A stretch of 64,000 nucleotides of DNA from Savitreella phatthalungensis (Eukaryota), in contig AP039702.1 in the NCBI GenBank assembly GCA_051599415.1, positions 248,001-312,000 on the forward strand, in the 5' to 3' direction. Both the position numbers and the translations under genes were made by a program. Positions 19,717 to 29,766 of the stretch are shown here, in pieces. How positions within the stretch are numbered: the stretch's first letter is position 1; every line of letters begins with the position of its first letter. Under the pieces are notes generated by a model. It was given only the letters and a program-made list of their open reading frames with translations, searched no databases and was not told where the DNA came from.

Positions 19717-21801
19717 TTACTGCATCGCTTGCCTTTGTTCGTGCGTGGTGGTGGTGTGTTCTTCTTCTTGCTCTATGGGCATCTCGATGTCGTTCTCGAT
19801 TTGACGGTCTTCGTGTGCCCGCTGACGGTCTTCTGCCCTTTCTCGCTCTCTTTCTTCTTTTGCATTCCGCTGCCAGCGCCGCTGGGCTTCCGCCTTACGC
19901 TCGGTCCTGACTGCTAGGGCTTCACGCTCTTGGGCGATGCGCTCGTAAGGGACAAATGCCCTGATGTCGTCTAGAAGTCCCCTGATCCTGTCTAGGACGC
20001 CGGAGTTCTCAGGCACGAGAATGACTCTGAATGGGCGCTGCTGGTGCTGCTGCTGTTGGTCTGACGGTGGGATGTTCTTGGCAAAGGTGGAGTCGACGAG
20101 GCGAGCGAGCGGGACGTCCTTGTACCCGAATCCTTGCATCTCATCCATCGCAACCTTGGCACGAGGATCCTGCGACCGGAGTAGTCTCCTCACCACTGAC
20201 TTGTACAGCTTCGCTGATGGAATGTGCCCAGCGTCTTTACACCGCTCCAGCCACTCGAATGCGTCCTCGTAGTCAGCCCGCAGCAGGCACACCACCGTTA
20301 TACACTCATACGCATCCCTGCTCAGCTTGATGGCAGGGTACTGCGCGGTGAAGGTGTCCACGACACCAAGCGCCAGTGTCTTCTGACGGCCAGCAACGCA
20401 CGCGCGCAGCAGGGCATCGAGCGTGTTGGAGTCTGGCTGAATGCCGAGCGTCTTGGTCGCTTCTTCGAAGGTGGCGAGTGCGCGGGAGGCAGCTTGCGCG
20501 TTAGCGCATCCGTCGATGATGGCGTTCAACGCAGCAACGTCTGCGAGCGAAGGGTCTTGTCCGTGGAGGGAGAGGAGGATGGCGAAAGCGGACTCGACCT
20601 CGCCGTCGTGGGGACCGATGGCGCGGATGATGCCGTCAGCGGTTGTTGGTGCCGGCGGCACACCTGACCGGCGCATCAACGCAAGCACCGTCATTGCATT
20701 CCGCAGGTCCCCGCGCACAGCATACGCGTCCAGGAGGCACGCGTAGTGGTCGGCTGAAGGTTTTATCCCGAGTCCAGACGCAGTCTTGATGATCTCAGTC
20801 GCAAGCACAGGTAAACCTTGCCGGGAGCACACGTTCAGCAACACCGAGAGACTGCCCTCATCCAGATCGATCAATTTGCCAGACCGCACGGCAACGTCCC
20901 AAACATACTGCACGCCACCGGCGTGCTGCAGGCTGGCAAAAGTCATCAGGCATCGGTAGCAGTACCCGATGTCGGACGAGAGTGATCTTCCTGAGTGATT
21001 TGAGCGGTGGAGATCAGCCGCTCGCGCATCGATTGCTTTCAGGAGCGTGAGAGCGACGTCTGCCTCGTTGGCTTCGAGCAGGTGGCGGATGAGGTATCTC
21101 ACGGTGCGATCATACATCTGGGATGCATCTGCTTGAGGTGAGGAGGATGAGGCGGAGGCAGAAGCGGTGGCGGATTGCTGCGTCTGATGGGACTCCACAA
21201 AGACAATGGCCTGCTCGAGACAGCCTTCCTTGCACATCATCACCACCGCCTCGTGCACGTTCCGTGGAGACACGGCAATCCAGTACGCCTTGTGCAAGTC
21301 CATCAACCTGTACACTTGCTCAAAGTCACTCGCCAGACACGCAGCAGTCAGCATGTGCGTCAGCGTGTACTTTGTAGGGTGAAGTCCCAGACCCTGCAGC
21401 TCCTCCAGCAGACCCGTGCAGACGGTGTTCAGGTGATGCGCGTCAATCGGCTGTCTCGCAGCAATGAGTCGGTGGACAAGAGCCTCATAGTCCTCGGCAG
21501 TGGCCTTGCCAGACGCAGGGACTTTCAGCTGGACAGTCTTGCGCTTCCCAGAGGCTAGCTCTGTGTTGTCGTCACTTCGTGGTAGCGGTCTCCCGTAAGC
21601 ATCTCTAGACATTGGCCGGCCAAAGGACCGACGCGGGACTCTTGCAGAATCATTGGACTCTACTGCAGCGGCCGAAGCTGAAGCTGTGCTGGAGAAAGGT
21701 CTTCCGCTGTTCCAGGGGCATTGTGTCTGGGTCGAAGCCGTTGAACTGGCAACAACGATCTGCCTATGCCGAGGTAACCTCTTCGACAGTCTATTGAGCA
21801 T
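19717..21801 (-). CDS. Mitochondrial pentatricopeptide-repeat (PPR) protein
   Basis: Arg/Ser-rich presequence-like N-terminus from ATG 21801 and repeated PPR-like helices (HYACLLDAYAVRGD, ALNAIIDGCANA, GIQPDSNTLDALLRAC). Confidence 0.85.
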   Translation of the reverse strand: MLNRLSKRLPRHRQIVVASSTASTQTQCPWNSGRPFSSTASASAAAVESNDSARVPRRSFGRPMSRDAYGRPLPRSDDNTELASGKRKTVQLKVPASGKATAEDYEALVHRLIAARQPIDAHHLNTVCTGLLEELQGLGLHPTKYTLTHMLTAACLASDFEQVYRLMDLHKAYWIAVSPRNVHEAVVMMCKEGCLEQAIVFVESHQTQQSATASASASSSSPQADASQMYDRTVRYLIRHLLEANEADVALTLLKAIDARAADLHRSNHSGRSLSSDIGYCYRCLMTFASLQHAGGVQYVWDVAVRSGKLIDLDEGSLSVLLNVCSRQGLPVLATEIIKTASGLGIKPSADHYACLLDAYAVRGDLRNAMTVLALMRRSGVPPAPTTADGIIRAIGPHDGEVESAFAILLSLHGQDPSLADVAALNAIIDGCANAQAASRALATFEEATKTLGIQPDSNTLDALLRACVAGRQKTLALGVVDTFTAQYPAIKLSRDAYECITVVCLLRADYEDAFEWLERCKDAGHIPSAKLYKSVVRRLLRSQDPRAKVAMDEMQGFGYKDVPLARLVDSTFAKNIPPSDQQQQHQQRPFRVILVPENSGVLDRIRGLLDDIRAFVPYERIAQEREALAVRTERKAEAQRRWQRNAKEERERERAEDRQRAHEDRQIENDIEMPIEQEEEHTTTTHEQRQAMQ

Positions 21802-22088
21802 CTTATGCAAGTACTCTGCTACCCTGACGAGTCCCAAGGCCTATCACTCTCGCGGGAGCTGTTGGCAGGCAGTGAACGGGGCTACAGCGCTGTAGTGTGA
21901 CTTTTTTCTTTTTGGTATCTTTTTCCTGTGCTACCACACCGAAAGAGAAGAAAAAAGGTTACACTCGCATAGAATGCACATGTTCCGTGGTTGTCAATGA
22001 CCTCAAAGGGGTAGTACAACAACATCCTCAACTACAGGCACACACTTCCACACGCAACACACACACATACACGTATGATGCTGTCCAG

Positions 22089-23168
22089 ATGACAATGACA
22101 TCGGCTACTGCTAGTGCTCAAGTGACCGGACGCGATGGATATTTAGCCTTGATTCGAGACGTCGCCGGCACTGTCCAGGTCTGCAATGACTCCCTTGATT
22201 CTCGGCCTTTATCGGAGGTAGACTCGTCCTTGGACGTTCTATCGCTTGCTAGAGACCTTGCTACGCTCGTTCATTCGTACGCTACGAAGCTCTCGATTGC
22301 TGCAAAGCCGCCAAAGACGCCTGAAGCTGTAGATGCCTGTCTGAAAGAGTTAGCTAAGGCGTCGCCTGCCTTTGGCGCCCTCTGCCACAACGCCCATCGC
22401 GATGTCCAGGGTATTGCAACCTCACGCTTCATCGGGCGCAACAGCAAGTACATCCTTGCAGGTCTAATCGACCTCGTCACAGCAGTCTTCGAAGACGAGC
22501 CAAGTCCCGTAAGACTAGCACAAACCGGAATTCTTTATGAATCGTGTGACGATCTCAAGGGCATCGTCCCTGACTTCCAACTCGTCATACGCAAGGTCAA
22601 AGAGGCGAACGCGATGATTGGCGACGCGGTGGAAGACCTGCAGTCATGGCTTGATGGAGATGATGACGATGATGATTTCGGCCTTGGCGACAGCGAGGAC
22701 GATGGCGACGACGACGATGATGAGGATGGACTCACATCCGCTGCATCAGGTCTTTCTCTTGGGAAACAACGTTCCGAGGCTGAGATCATCGAGACGCGGC
22801 GGAGGATCACAATGCTCGAGCGCGTCCGGATGCTTCTGAAAGCGCTTGCGACTCGGCTGGTTTCTGCGGATATGCCGCTTGTCACCCGGAATGCTGTCTT
22901 CACATGCACGGAGCAGCTAGTCGTTGACGTGGACGAGCTGGCCGGCGAGGTGCAGGATACAGTGCCTGGTCCTCGTAACGGTCCAGGTGGCGCGGACGAG
23001 GCATACCTGATGGAGCTCGAAAAGGCTGTGGTCCATCGGGTGGAGGATCTGTTGACGGCGCTCGTCACCACTACAGTCGCAGACGACAAGGCACGCACTT
23101 GGGTCGACAACTTCCGCGCACGCTGGCGGGAACCAACGTCATCAGCCTCGCAGATCCCTGCAAAGTAA
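22089..23168 (+). CDS. GCIP / cyclin-D1-binding protein 1-like helical protein (359 aa if unspliced)
   Basis: ARDLATLVHSYATKLSIA, TGILYESCDDL, MIGDAVEDLQSW plus an acidic tract resemble the fungal GCIP family. First ATG 22089. Confidence 0.7.
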   Translation: MTMTSATASAQVTGRDGYLALIRDVAGTVQVCNDSLDSRPLSEVDSSLDVLSLARDLATLVHSYATKLSIAAKPPKTPEAVDACLKELAKASPAFGALCHNAHRDVQGIATSRFIGRNSKYILAGLIDLVTAVFEDEPSPVRLAQTGILYESCDDLKGIVPDFQLVIRKVKEANAMIGDAVEDLQSWLDGDDDDDDFGLGDSEDDGDDDDDEDGLTSAASGLSLGKQRSEAEIIETRRRITMLERVRMLLKALATRLVSADMPLVTRNAVFTCTEQLVVDVDELAGEVQDTVPGPRNGPGGADEAYLMELEKAVVHRVEDLLTALVTTTVADDKARTWVDNFRARWREPTSSASQIPAK

Positions 23169-23232
23169 GCTAGCGCGTCTCTGCGAGCTATTCCAGTTGA
23201 TGAGGCACAAGCAGCTGACGAGCTCTGTCTAG
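23165..23232 (+). other. Candidate 68-nt spliceosomal intron that contains the GCIP-like stop codon and joins it in frame to the JmjC ORF
   Basis: Donor GTAAGC at 23165, branch GCTGAC at 23214-23219, acceptor TAG at 23230-23232. Same size and signals as the five other introns in the window. Confidence 0.7.
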
Positions 23233-23257
23233 ACATCATGACCAGATTCCCGTCTAC

Positions 23258-24409
23258 ATGACGCCGCCCACGTATACACAATTTGCAGAACATCACCTGA
23301 AGCCGCTACTCCCATGCTTGATCCATGGCCTGACAGAAGGCTGGGGCGCGACATCACGCTGGAGAGATAATGAGGGACTGCTGAAAGTGGAAGCCATTCG
23401 ATCAGAGCTTGATGCGCTTGATGTCACTGTCCACGATAGCGGTGGCACAGCGCCTGTGTCGAGGTCGATGGTGGATTTCCTGGACCAGTTGACCGCAGGA
23501 GAGCGCGTCTACGCGAAGGACGTCCATTTGCAGCGCGCCGCAGGTCACTCAACTTCAAAAACGTTCTACGAGTGCCCGGATATATTCAAAGACGATTACC
23601 TCGACTTCTACCTGACCCGCCCGTCCGCACATTCGCACGACAGCGGTGATGACTATCGTTTTCTCTATCTCGGCGCTCCGGGCACCCGCACTTTGCTCCA
23701 CAGAGATGTGGTCGCCTCACACAGCTGGTCTGCGAATGTGTGTGGGTGGAAACGATGGTGGCTGGTTCGGCCTGTGGACCTGCACCTTGCGACGTCCCGC
23801 GACGGTGAGATCGTCCGCGATCTCTTCGCCCCCGACGATCCAGCCTGGCCCAACCTCGCCCAGGCCCGAGATACAGCCATCACGGTCGACCAGCCTCCAG
23901 GCTCCACGATCTTTGTCCCGTCAGGCTGGTTCCACCAAGTCCTCAACCTCGGTCGTTCTCCCGTACCGCACGATCCATACACAGGTATGCTCCAGGGCAC
24001 ACATCCAGGCAACCAGGCCGTCCTTAGCATCAATCAGAACTGGTTCAACGCATGGTGTCTAGTCGACATTGCTCGGAATCTGATCGCCGAGCACCATCGA
24101 TCAGCTCACGCCATTCGAGATCTCCTGGACGATGGTATTGTCGAGGCTGGTGAACCGTTCAGGAAGGTGGTCGAGGAAGTGACGAAGGCCAACACGGGAT
24201 TAGACGCTCTCACCTTTTGGAGTATCGTTCACTACAGAATCCGCAACCAACACATCTATCCTGCATCCGCAGCATACAGACCGCCCACTGAGATCGAGGC
24301 TTCTATGATTAGGCAGGTGTGTGCGCTGTGGAATGAGGAGGAGGAGTTACGTGATGGATTGCCTGAAGTGACGGCCATTGTGAGTGCAGTGGAGGCCCTG
24401 TTAGACTAA
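23258..24409 (+). CDS. JMJD4: JmjC-domain 2-oxoglutarate/Fe(II) oxygenase, JMJD4/Jmj1-like (probably the 3' exon of a fusion, starting at 23233)
   Basis: YAKDVHL, DYRFLYLGAPGTRTLLHRDV, SWSANVCGWKRWW, FVPSGWFHQVLNL and LSINQNWFN. The HxD...H iron triad is intact. Confidence 0.88.
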   Translation: MTPPTYTQFAEHHLKPLLPCLIHGLTEGWGATSRWRDNEGLLKVEAIRSELDALDVTVHDSGGTAPVSRSMVDFLDQLTAGERVYAKDVHLQRAAGHSTSKTFYECPDIFKDDYLDFYLTRPSAHSHDSGDDYRFLYLGAPGTRTLLHRDVVASHSWSANVCGWKRWWLVRPVDLHLATSRDGEIVRDLFAPDDPAWPNLAQARDTAITVDQPPGSTIFVPSGWFHQVLNLGRSPVPHDPYTGMLQGTHPGNQAVLSINQNWFNAWCLVDIARNLIAEHHRSAHAIRDLLDDGIVEAGEPFRKVVEEVTKANTGLDALTFWSIVHYRIRNQHIYPASAAYRPPTEIEASMIRQVCALWNEEEELRDGLPEVTAIVSAVEALLD

Positions 24410-24415
24410 TATACT

Positions 24416-26617
24416 CTAGAGTTGGACGTTGCCGAGAGCGTGTTCCTTGATGTAGTCTGGACCGAACTCGTCGTAGTCCTTTCGCGTGATGCCGGCGTGC
24501 TTGAGACCGTCGCCTGAAGCCCACTCGGAAGCACCACGCCAACCGTCCAGCACGGGATCCTCAGCAGACCGCACCTTCAACGGCGCCTTCCATGGCAATA
24601 CAGCCGTCAGATCCCGTTTGATCCGATCGCCGAATCCGCGGAGCAAGGAAGATCCGCCGGTCAGGAAGACGTCTGCGTAGAGCGGTGGCCGAGTCGGATG
24701 GGTAGCTGCATGCTGAGTGATCAAGCCGTTGGCGATTTCAACGAGGCCGCATGCGTCAAGGCCGACAAGCGACGGGCGGAACAAGGTCTCCGGACACCTG
24801 ATGCGCTCGACGTTGAGGTGGAGTTGGTGGTCTCGCGCAAGTAGCGCGTTCTTGTCGTCTTTGATTTTGGCCTCGGCCTCGTGGTTGTACCGGCCATAGA
24901 GAAAAGTGTGAAGGATTGATTTGGACGGGTCTGCCTGGGCGTCTTGCGTGTCGGCGTCTGTGAAGTCCGGGTCGTGTTCGAGCAACTCAGACTCGAGCTG
25001 CTGAAGCCGGCGCTGATCTTCCTCTTCGTCGTCGGAATCGTCGTCAGCACCGCCGACAGCGACATCCCGATAGACACCCCAGTCGGCGTCGCTAGCGCCA
25101 AAGCCGTCGTCCCCTCCAGCACCACCGCCGCCACCACCGCGTTTCCGCTTCCCGGTGTCATTGGCGGCGAGACCAGCAAGCTGCTTCATCCGCGCTTGAC
25201 TCGCTGCGGACTTACGGTCAGACAGGTCTGCTTTGAGTTTCTTACGATCTCGGATCCGGTCCAGTACGGCCTGTCGTGCGGCCCTCCGACCGGCGACCCA
25301 GCCGGATGGATCGACTTTCCGACGCTCTTCATCCTGTCTGCGTTCCTCTGCCAGACGAGCTTCTTCTTTCGCCTTCTCCTCCTTCGCACGCTGCCGTGCG
25401 TCATACCCGAATTTCATCAGCCTTTGAGCACGCTTCTGCTTCAGCTGCGCTTCGTCCAGCTTGTCGTCTGGGACATCGACAAGGGAGAAGTCAGGCGCTT
25501 CTTTCGCAGGCTCGTCTTCGACAATACCAGCCATTCGATTCCGCGTCTTTCTGATTGCTCCTTGTAGTGACTTGATCTTGCCGTCTAGTTGCCGCTCGTT
25601 CTCGAAGTCTTCCGATTCGAGAAGCTGTGCAAAATCGCGCTTTCCCATCTCCTGTGACCGCGCTTGGAGAGCGAGATAATACGCGAGGTCATTCTCCTGC
25701 TGTGCGAGTCTCTCGGCGCGTTTGGCCTCATTCGCCTCACGCAGTCGCTGTGCAGCTTCGTGCTTGCGTTGTGCGGCGATCGCGATCTCTTCAGCAGATT
25801 TTTCCTGCTCGATGACTTCGGTGTACGGGAATTGAATAGCACAATCTTTGTGGTCGTCGGTCTGGTTGACGAGATAGTCGCGGAGCTCTGCATCGTAGTC
25901 CTGTGAGATGTAGCAGTGTTCTCGTGCAAGCTCAACCGCCTGATCGTATGACAGCTTTGTTGGGAATCCTGGATACTTGAGCTGCAGAAGACGTAGCAAG
26001 TAGTCTGGAATGCTCGTGCCACCAAGACTCAGGCGCTTGCATGCGGGCATGACCGCCTTGCCGTCAACGACTGGGATCAGGTGGGTGGCTTGGTGACCGG
26101 CACTGACGACGAGACCTTCGCGTCCGCCCTTGTTATGGTGATATGAGAAGAGAGCGTCGATGCCGTAGGCCAGGGAAGGCACGCCATAGCATTCAAACAG
26201 CAACTCGGTCATGGCCTTACGCGAGCCTGGCAAATTGGAGACAGTCTCCGTCATGACGACTGGGTTGCTCGAATTATCCTCAACAGACATTTTGAGGAGA
26301 GCGTAGTCGATTACATTCTCCATCGCGTCCCAGTTGACGACGATCGTGCCGTCATATGGAGACTTTATGCTCGTCCGCAGCGTTGGGTCTGAGTGGACAT
26401 CATCGCCGACAATCTGGTAGACAACGCCGGTGCTGCGAGTTCTGTATCTTGCGTAGAGATTGTCGTAGCATAGTCGTGGTTCCGCCTCGCCGGCAAAGCC
26501 AGCACGGAACGTTTGTGTACCATTATCAAACACGATTGGCGCGCCTTTGCCCGCATAAGCAGTCTTGGCTGGCGTAGGCCGCCTTGGTCGATCTCCTGGC
26601 GCCTGATATATCGTCAT
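24416..26617 (-). CDS. ARP5: Actin-related protein 5 (INO80 complex)
   Basis: IVFDNG, ELLFECYGVPSLAYGID, a long charged insert, LHLNVERIRCPETLF and YIKEHALGN. Confidence 0.95.
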   Translation of the reverse strand: MTIYQAPGDRPRRPTPAKTAYAGKGAPIVFDNGTQTFRAGFAGEAEPRLCYDNLYARYRTRSTGVVYQIVGDDVHSDPTLRTSIKSPYDGTIVVNWDAMENVIDYALLKMSVEDNSSNPVVMTETVSNLPGSRKAMTELLFECYGVPSLAYGIDALFSYHHNKGGREGLVVSAGHQATHLIPVVDGKAVMPACKRLSLGGTSIPDYLLRLLQLKYPGFPTKLSYDQAVELAREHCYISQDYDAELRDYLVNQTDDHKDCAIQFPYTEVIEQEKSAEEIAIAAQRKHEAAQRLREANEAKRAERLAQQENDLAYYLALQARSQEMGKRDFAQLLESEDFENERQLDGKIKSLQGAIRKTRNRMAGIVEDEPAKEAPDFSLVDVPDDKLDEAQLKQKRAQRLMKFGYDARQRAKEEKAKEEARLAEERRQDEERRKVDPSGWVAGRRAARQAVLDRIRDRKKLKADLSDRKSAASQARMKQLAGLAANDTGKRKRGGGGGGAGGDDGFGASDADWGVYRDVAVGGADDDSDDEEEDQRRLQQLESELLEHDPDFTDADTQDAQADPSKSILHTFLYGRYNHEAEAKIKDDKNALLARDHQLHLNVERIRCPETLFRPSLVGLDACGLVEIANGLITQHAATHPTRPPLYADVFLTGGSSLLRGFGDRIKRDLTAVLPWKAPLKVRSAEDPVLDGWRGASEWASGDGLKHAGITRKDYDEFGPDYIKEHALGNVQL

Positions 26618-26929
26618 TCCAGTCTCGCCATAGGCAATCAGAGTATCATGGACATACTAGCGCGTCGGTGCGAGCTTATAATGCCCTTTGAAGTTTTCCA
26701 GGAGAGACCTTGTGGAAGTATACGGAGAGCTGGGTGTCCTTGCATCAATCGTGTTGAAGCGTTAATTATGCACGTGACGAATGTGGAGAGATGGTTGACG
26801 AATTTGGAGGTCCAACTGGTTGTCCGAATAGATTCTGGAGGACAGATCCTTGACGATGACGTTAGTTAATGTGATTGAAGGGAGTATTCCGACTCTTCGT
26901 TCGCTGATGTTAGGTGACTTTGAGTGAGG

Positions 26930-27877
26930 ATGGTATTGCACAATGACAAGTGGAAAGCCAAGGCGCGTAGGCAGAATGAGAAAAAGCACGGTGTAAAGCA
27001 TGTCAGACATTCTCAGATCAGACAGGAGGCTCGTCAGGCGGCAGCAGGAGGAACAGTGGCTCCAAATGCATCAGGTCTTCCTCGTCCGAGCACAAGCACG
27101 CAGACTGCTGATGACGAGGAGGAAGAGAGTGGGGAGGAGTATATGTCGTCCAGCTTTGAGGATGATTCAGATGATGAGGGCAAAACAGCAGAAGAAATAC
27201 GTCTGAGCGAGCTAAGACGGGATCAAGCCCGTCGTGATCGGCAGGCTCAAAGAGAGGCAGAAGCGGCTACTAATGGAGGGACATCCAGTAAAGAGTTGAA
27301 AGCACACACCGAGAGTAGTGCTCCCGATGGAGCTGATGGCATCGAAGGTCAGCCGGTCTTGGATGAGCCTAGAGGGAAGTACAGTCGGCGGAAAGTGCGT
27401 GACAATGCATACAGGTACGAAGAGGCTCCATTGGACCCATACATTGTCGCTGAGGAGGATATTGTGCTTGAGCCTGACTTTGCAAGGATGCATGCTCGAG
27501 AATGGAAGGAAGTGAATGAGGAGGAACTTGTCCCTGATCTCACCAAGCGCCAGCCTCCACAGATTATGACTGATGTGCGCGCATTCGACGACTACCGTGC
27601 ACGACAGCAGAAGGAGGAGATTGCGAGGGATTTACGACAGAGATTTGGATCACGGCGTAAGCCTGAACGACGAACTCAAGCCAACTTGAATGGGAACGAC
27701 AATCATAACGACAATAATGATGATGATGACGATGACTTCTTTGCGGCAACTCTACGGAAGACCGAGTGTGAAACGCAAATGCGTACGGAGATGAAGGCTG
27801 AGCAAGAGTCTGGGAACAAGGCCTCGGGTGATGTGAAGCAGCTCGAGGGATTCTTAGATGATCTACTCAAATTGTGA
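26930..27877 (+). CDS. Charged protein with Aven-like motifs
   Basis: ATG 26930 (MVLHNDKWKAKARR). Contains YSRRKVRDNAYRYEE and a terminal LEGFLDDLL. Confidence 0.75.
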   Translation: MVLHNDKWKAKARRQNEKKHGVKHVRHSQIRQEARQAAAGGTVAPNASGLPRPSTSTQTADDEEEESGEEYMSSSFEDDSDDEGKTAEEIRLSELRRDQARRDRQAQREAEAATNGGTSSKELKAHTESSAPDGADGIEGQPVLDEPRGKYSRRKVRDNAYRYEEAPLDPYIVAEEDIVLEPDFARMHAREWKEVNEEELVPDLTKRQPPQIMTDVRAFDDYRARQQKEEIARDLRQRFGSRRKPERRTQANLNGNDNHNDNNDDDDDDFFAATLRKTECETQMRTEMKAEQESGNKASGDVKQLEGFLDDLLKL

Positions 27878-29766
27878 TTCTATGTATGGAAAAACCCGAT
27901 ACAAGACACTAGGGGGGAGTTAGAGCTTAGATGTCTGCAGAGGGTAATCGAGACGACGTTCGAGCGAGGGCAATCCGAACCTCATCACAAGTTGCGAATC
28001 TGGGTTCTCTCCGGGAATAATCTATCCCGGTATCGACAGGATCGTCGTCGGCAGCCACGCTTTGTTTCAAAATCGATCTTGCTTCGATGACTTCATCTGC
28101 CGCCGACTTCAGTCTAATTTCTCGCAACAAGCCCAAATTAGCGAGACGAGATGCTCACGGTCAGTACCAAGGGCAACGGAAAGCATAAAGTTGTTCCGAC
28201 TGTGGTATCAATAGATGAGGTTGCGTCACCTTGCAGAAGCAAATGTCTCTATCTGAGTCAGAACTTTCAAACATCCCAAACTCGTCAGACCATGATAATC
28301 ATTCTCTCCTGCAGAAGTCAACTGCCACGAGTCACACATGCATACATGCTTGGCGAGGAGGACGAAGCTTCTTTCCCAATCGATCCAGCTTAGTCCAGGC
28401 TACTTTGGGGGGGGGAAACAGTTGAATGAGTCATTGAGCAGCGGAGGAGCGTCGACGATTCAACCTCGACTATTTGATTTGCCACCGAACCGCATTCCGT
28501 TGACTCTGAACAATCACATGCACGTACAAAAATAGACACGTCTGTGGGCATATGACACAGGATACTGTGCTGTAAAAGACTAGAGCTTTGTGCTCTGTAG
28601 ACTGTCTGAGACGTTGCAGGGTTCAGCCAAGAAGACCGTGCGCAACAAACACTCTGTCAATCGGTCACAGTTTCGAATACCTGTTTCACAAGCGCAAGAC
28701 GGTCTTGACACGGACTTAATTACTTAGACCGTACGAATTCCGAGTCACAGACACAAAACATCTGACGACGTTTGCGTCATTCGCATGATTGCCACATATT
28801 CCATGAGACGTTCTTCATGAGAAAGGGAATTTCATAGTGTAACGCGACTCTCAGAGAGGAGAGTCATCATACACTCACGTGTACTCAACAGAATGTAACC
28901 GCTGACATTGACAAGCAGCAATCAGTGCACTTCATAGACACTCCGCACGGACAACATCCGTACGGGCTTGCCGAGATGCGTTCATTGCCTTGCGAGAAAA
29001 GCCGAGCGCTGACCGAAAAGCCCGTGCGCAGATTGAGCAACACCACCACCCCTGGTGTGACTAGACTGAGTTCTACATTGTACAAAGCGGCAGGTGAGAT
29101 TGTCCGGTGCGTTTCAGACAGGAGGACAAAGACTTTGAATGTCACACCGTCCAGAACGAGTTTGTACCTTCGAAACGTTTACCACGTACTTGCAAACTCT
29201 TCGGAAATGCCACGCCATGCCATACTGATCTTTCACTCATCATTTTCACTCTAACCATTCAACATCCTCCTTCCAGTCATCCATTCTCGATTCAATGCCG
29301 TTCATTTTCGGCAAAAGCGTCCGCGCGCGCACGGATCAATACTTAGGAAGCTCGTTTCGAGTTGAACTTTGACACAAGGAGATGGAAGAAGGAGGTTTCT
29401 GCTGAATGCGCTCACTGAGCCTTGTTGCAGATGAATGGTACACATGGCTCGACAATTGTCTGAGCGCGCGCAAGGGAAAACTATCGCTGAGCGCTGTCTG
29501 TCTGCCCGTGTAGTCGAAGGGTTCGTCCTCGTCTGTGTCGCCCGCCGCTACACTCACGCGACTGCCATGGTCGTCGATGTCACGGAATCGAGGTCACGAC
29601 AGACAGTGTCTCTCCTTCGTCAGTGCCGATTGCCATGGAGCGCTGACGCACGCGCCTCCATCGTCTCTTCGTAATGTGCATTATAAGACACGACCACTTT
29701 CCTCACCTTCCATTCCACACTCGAACACCACACAATTCATCTTTAGGCACAACATCGCGATTGATC

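Noticed and set aside
22535..23296. 253-aa antisense ORF across the GCIP/JmjC junction
   Set aside because: Ser-rich mirror of the acidic sense protein. Antisense ORFs like this are common in GC-rich coding DNA.
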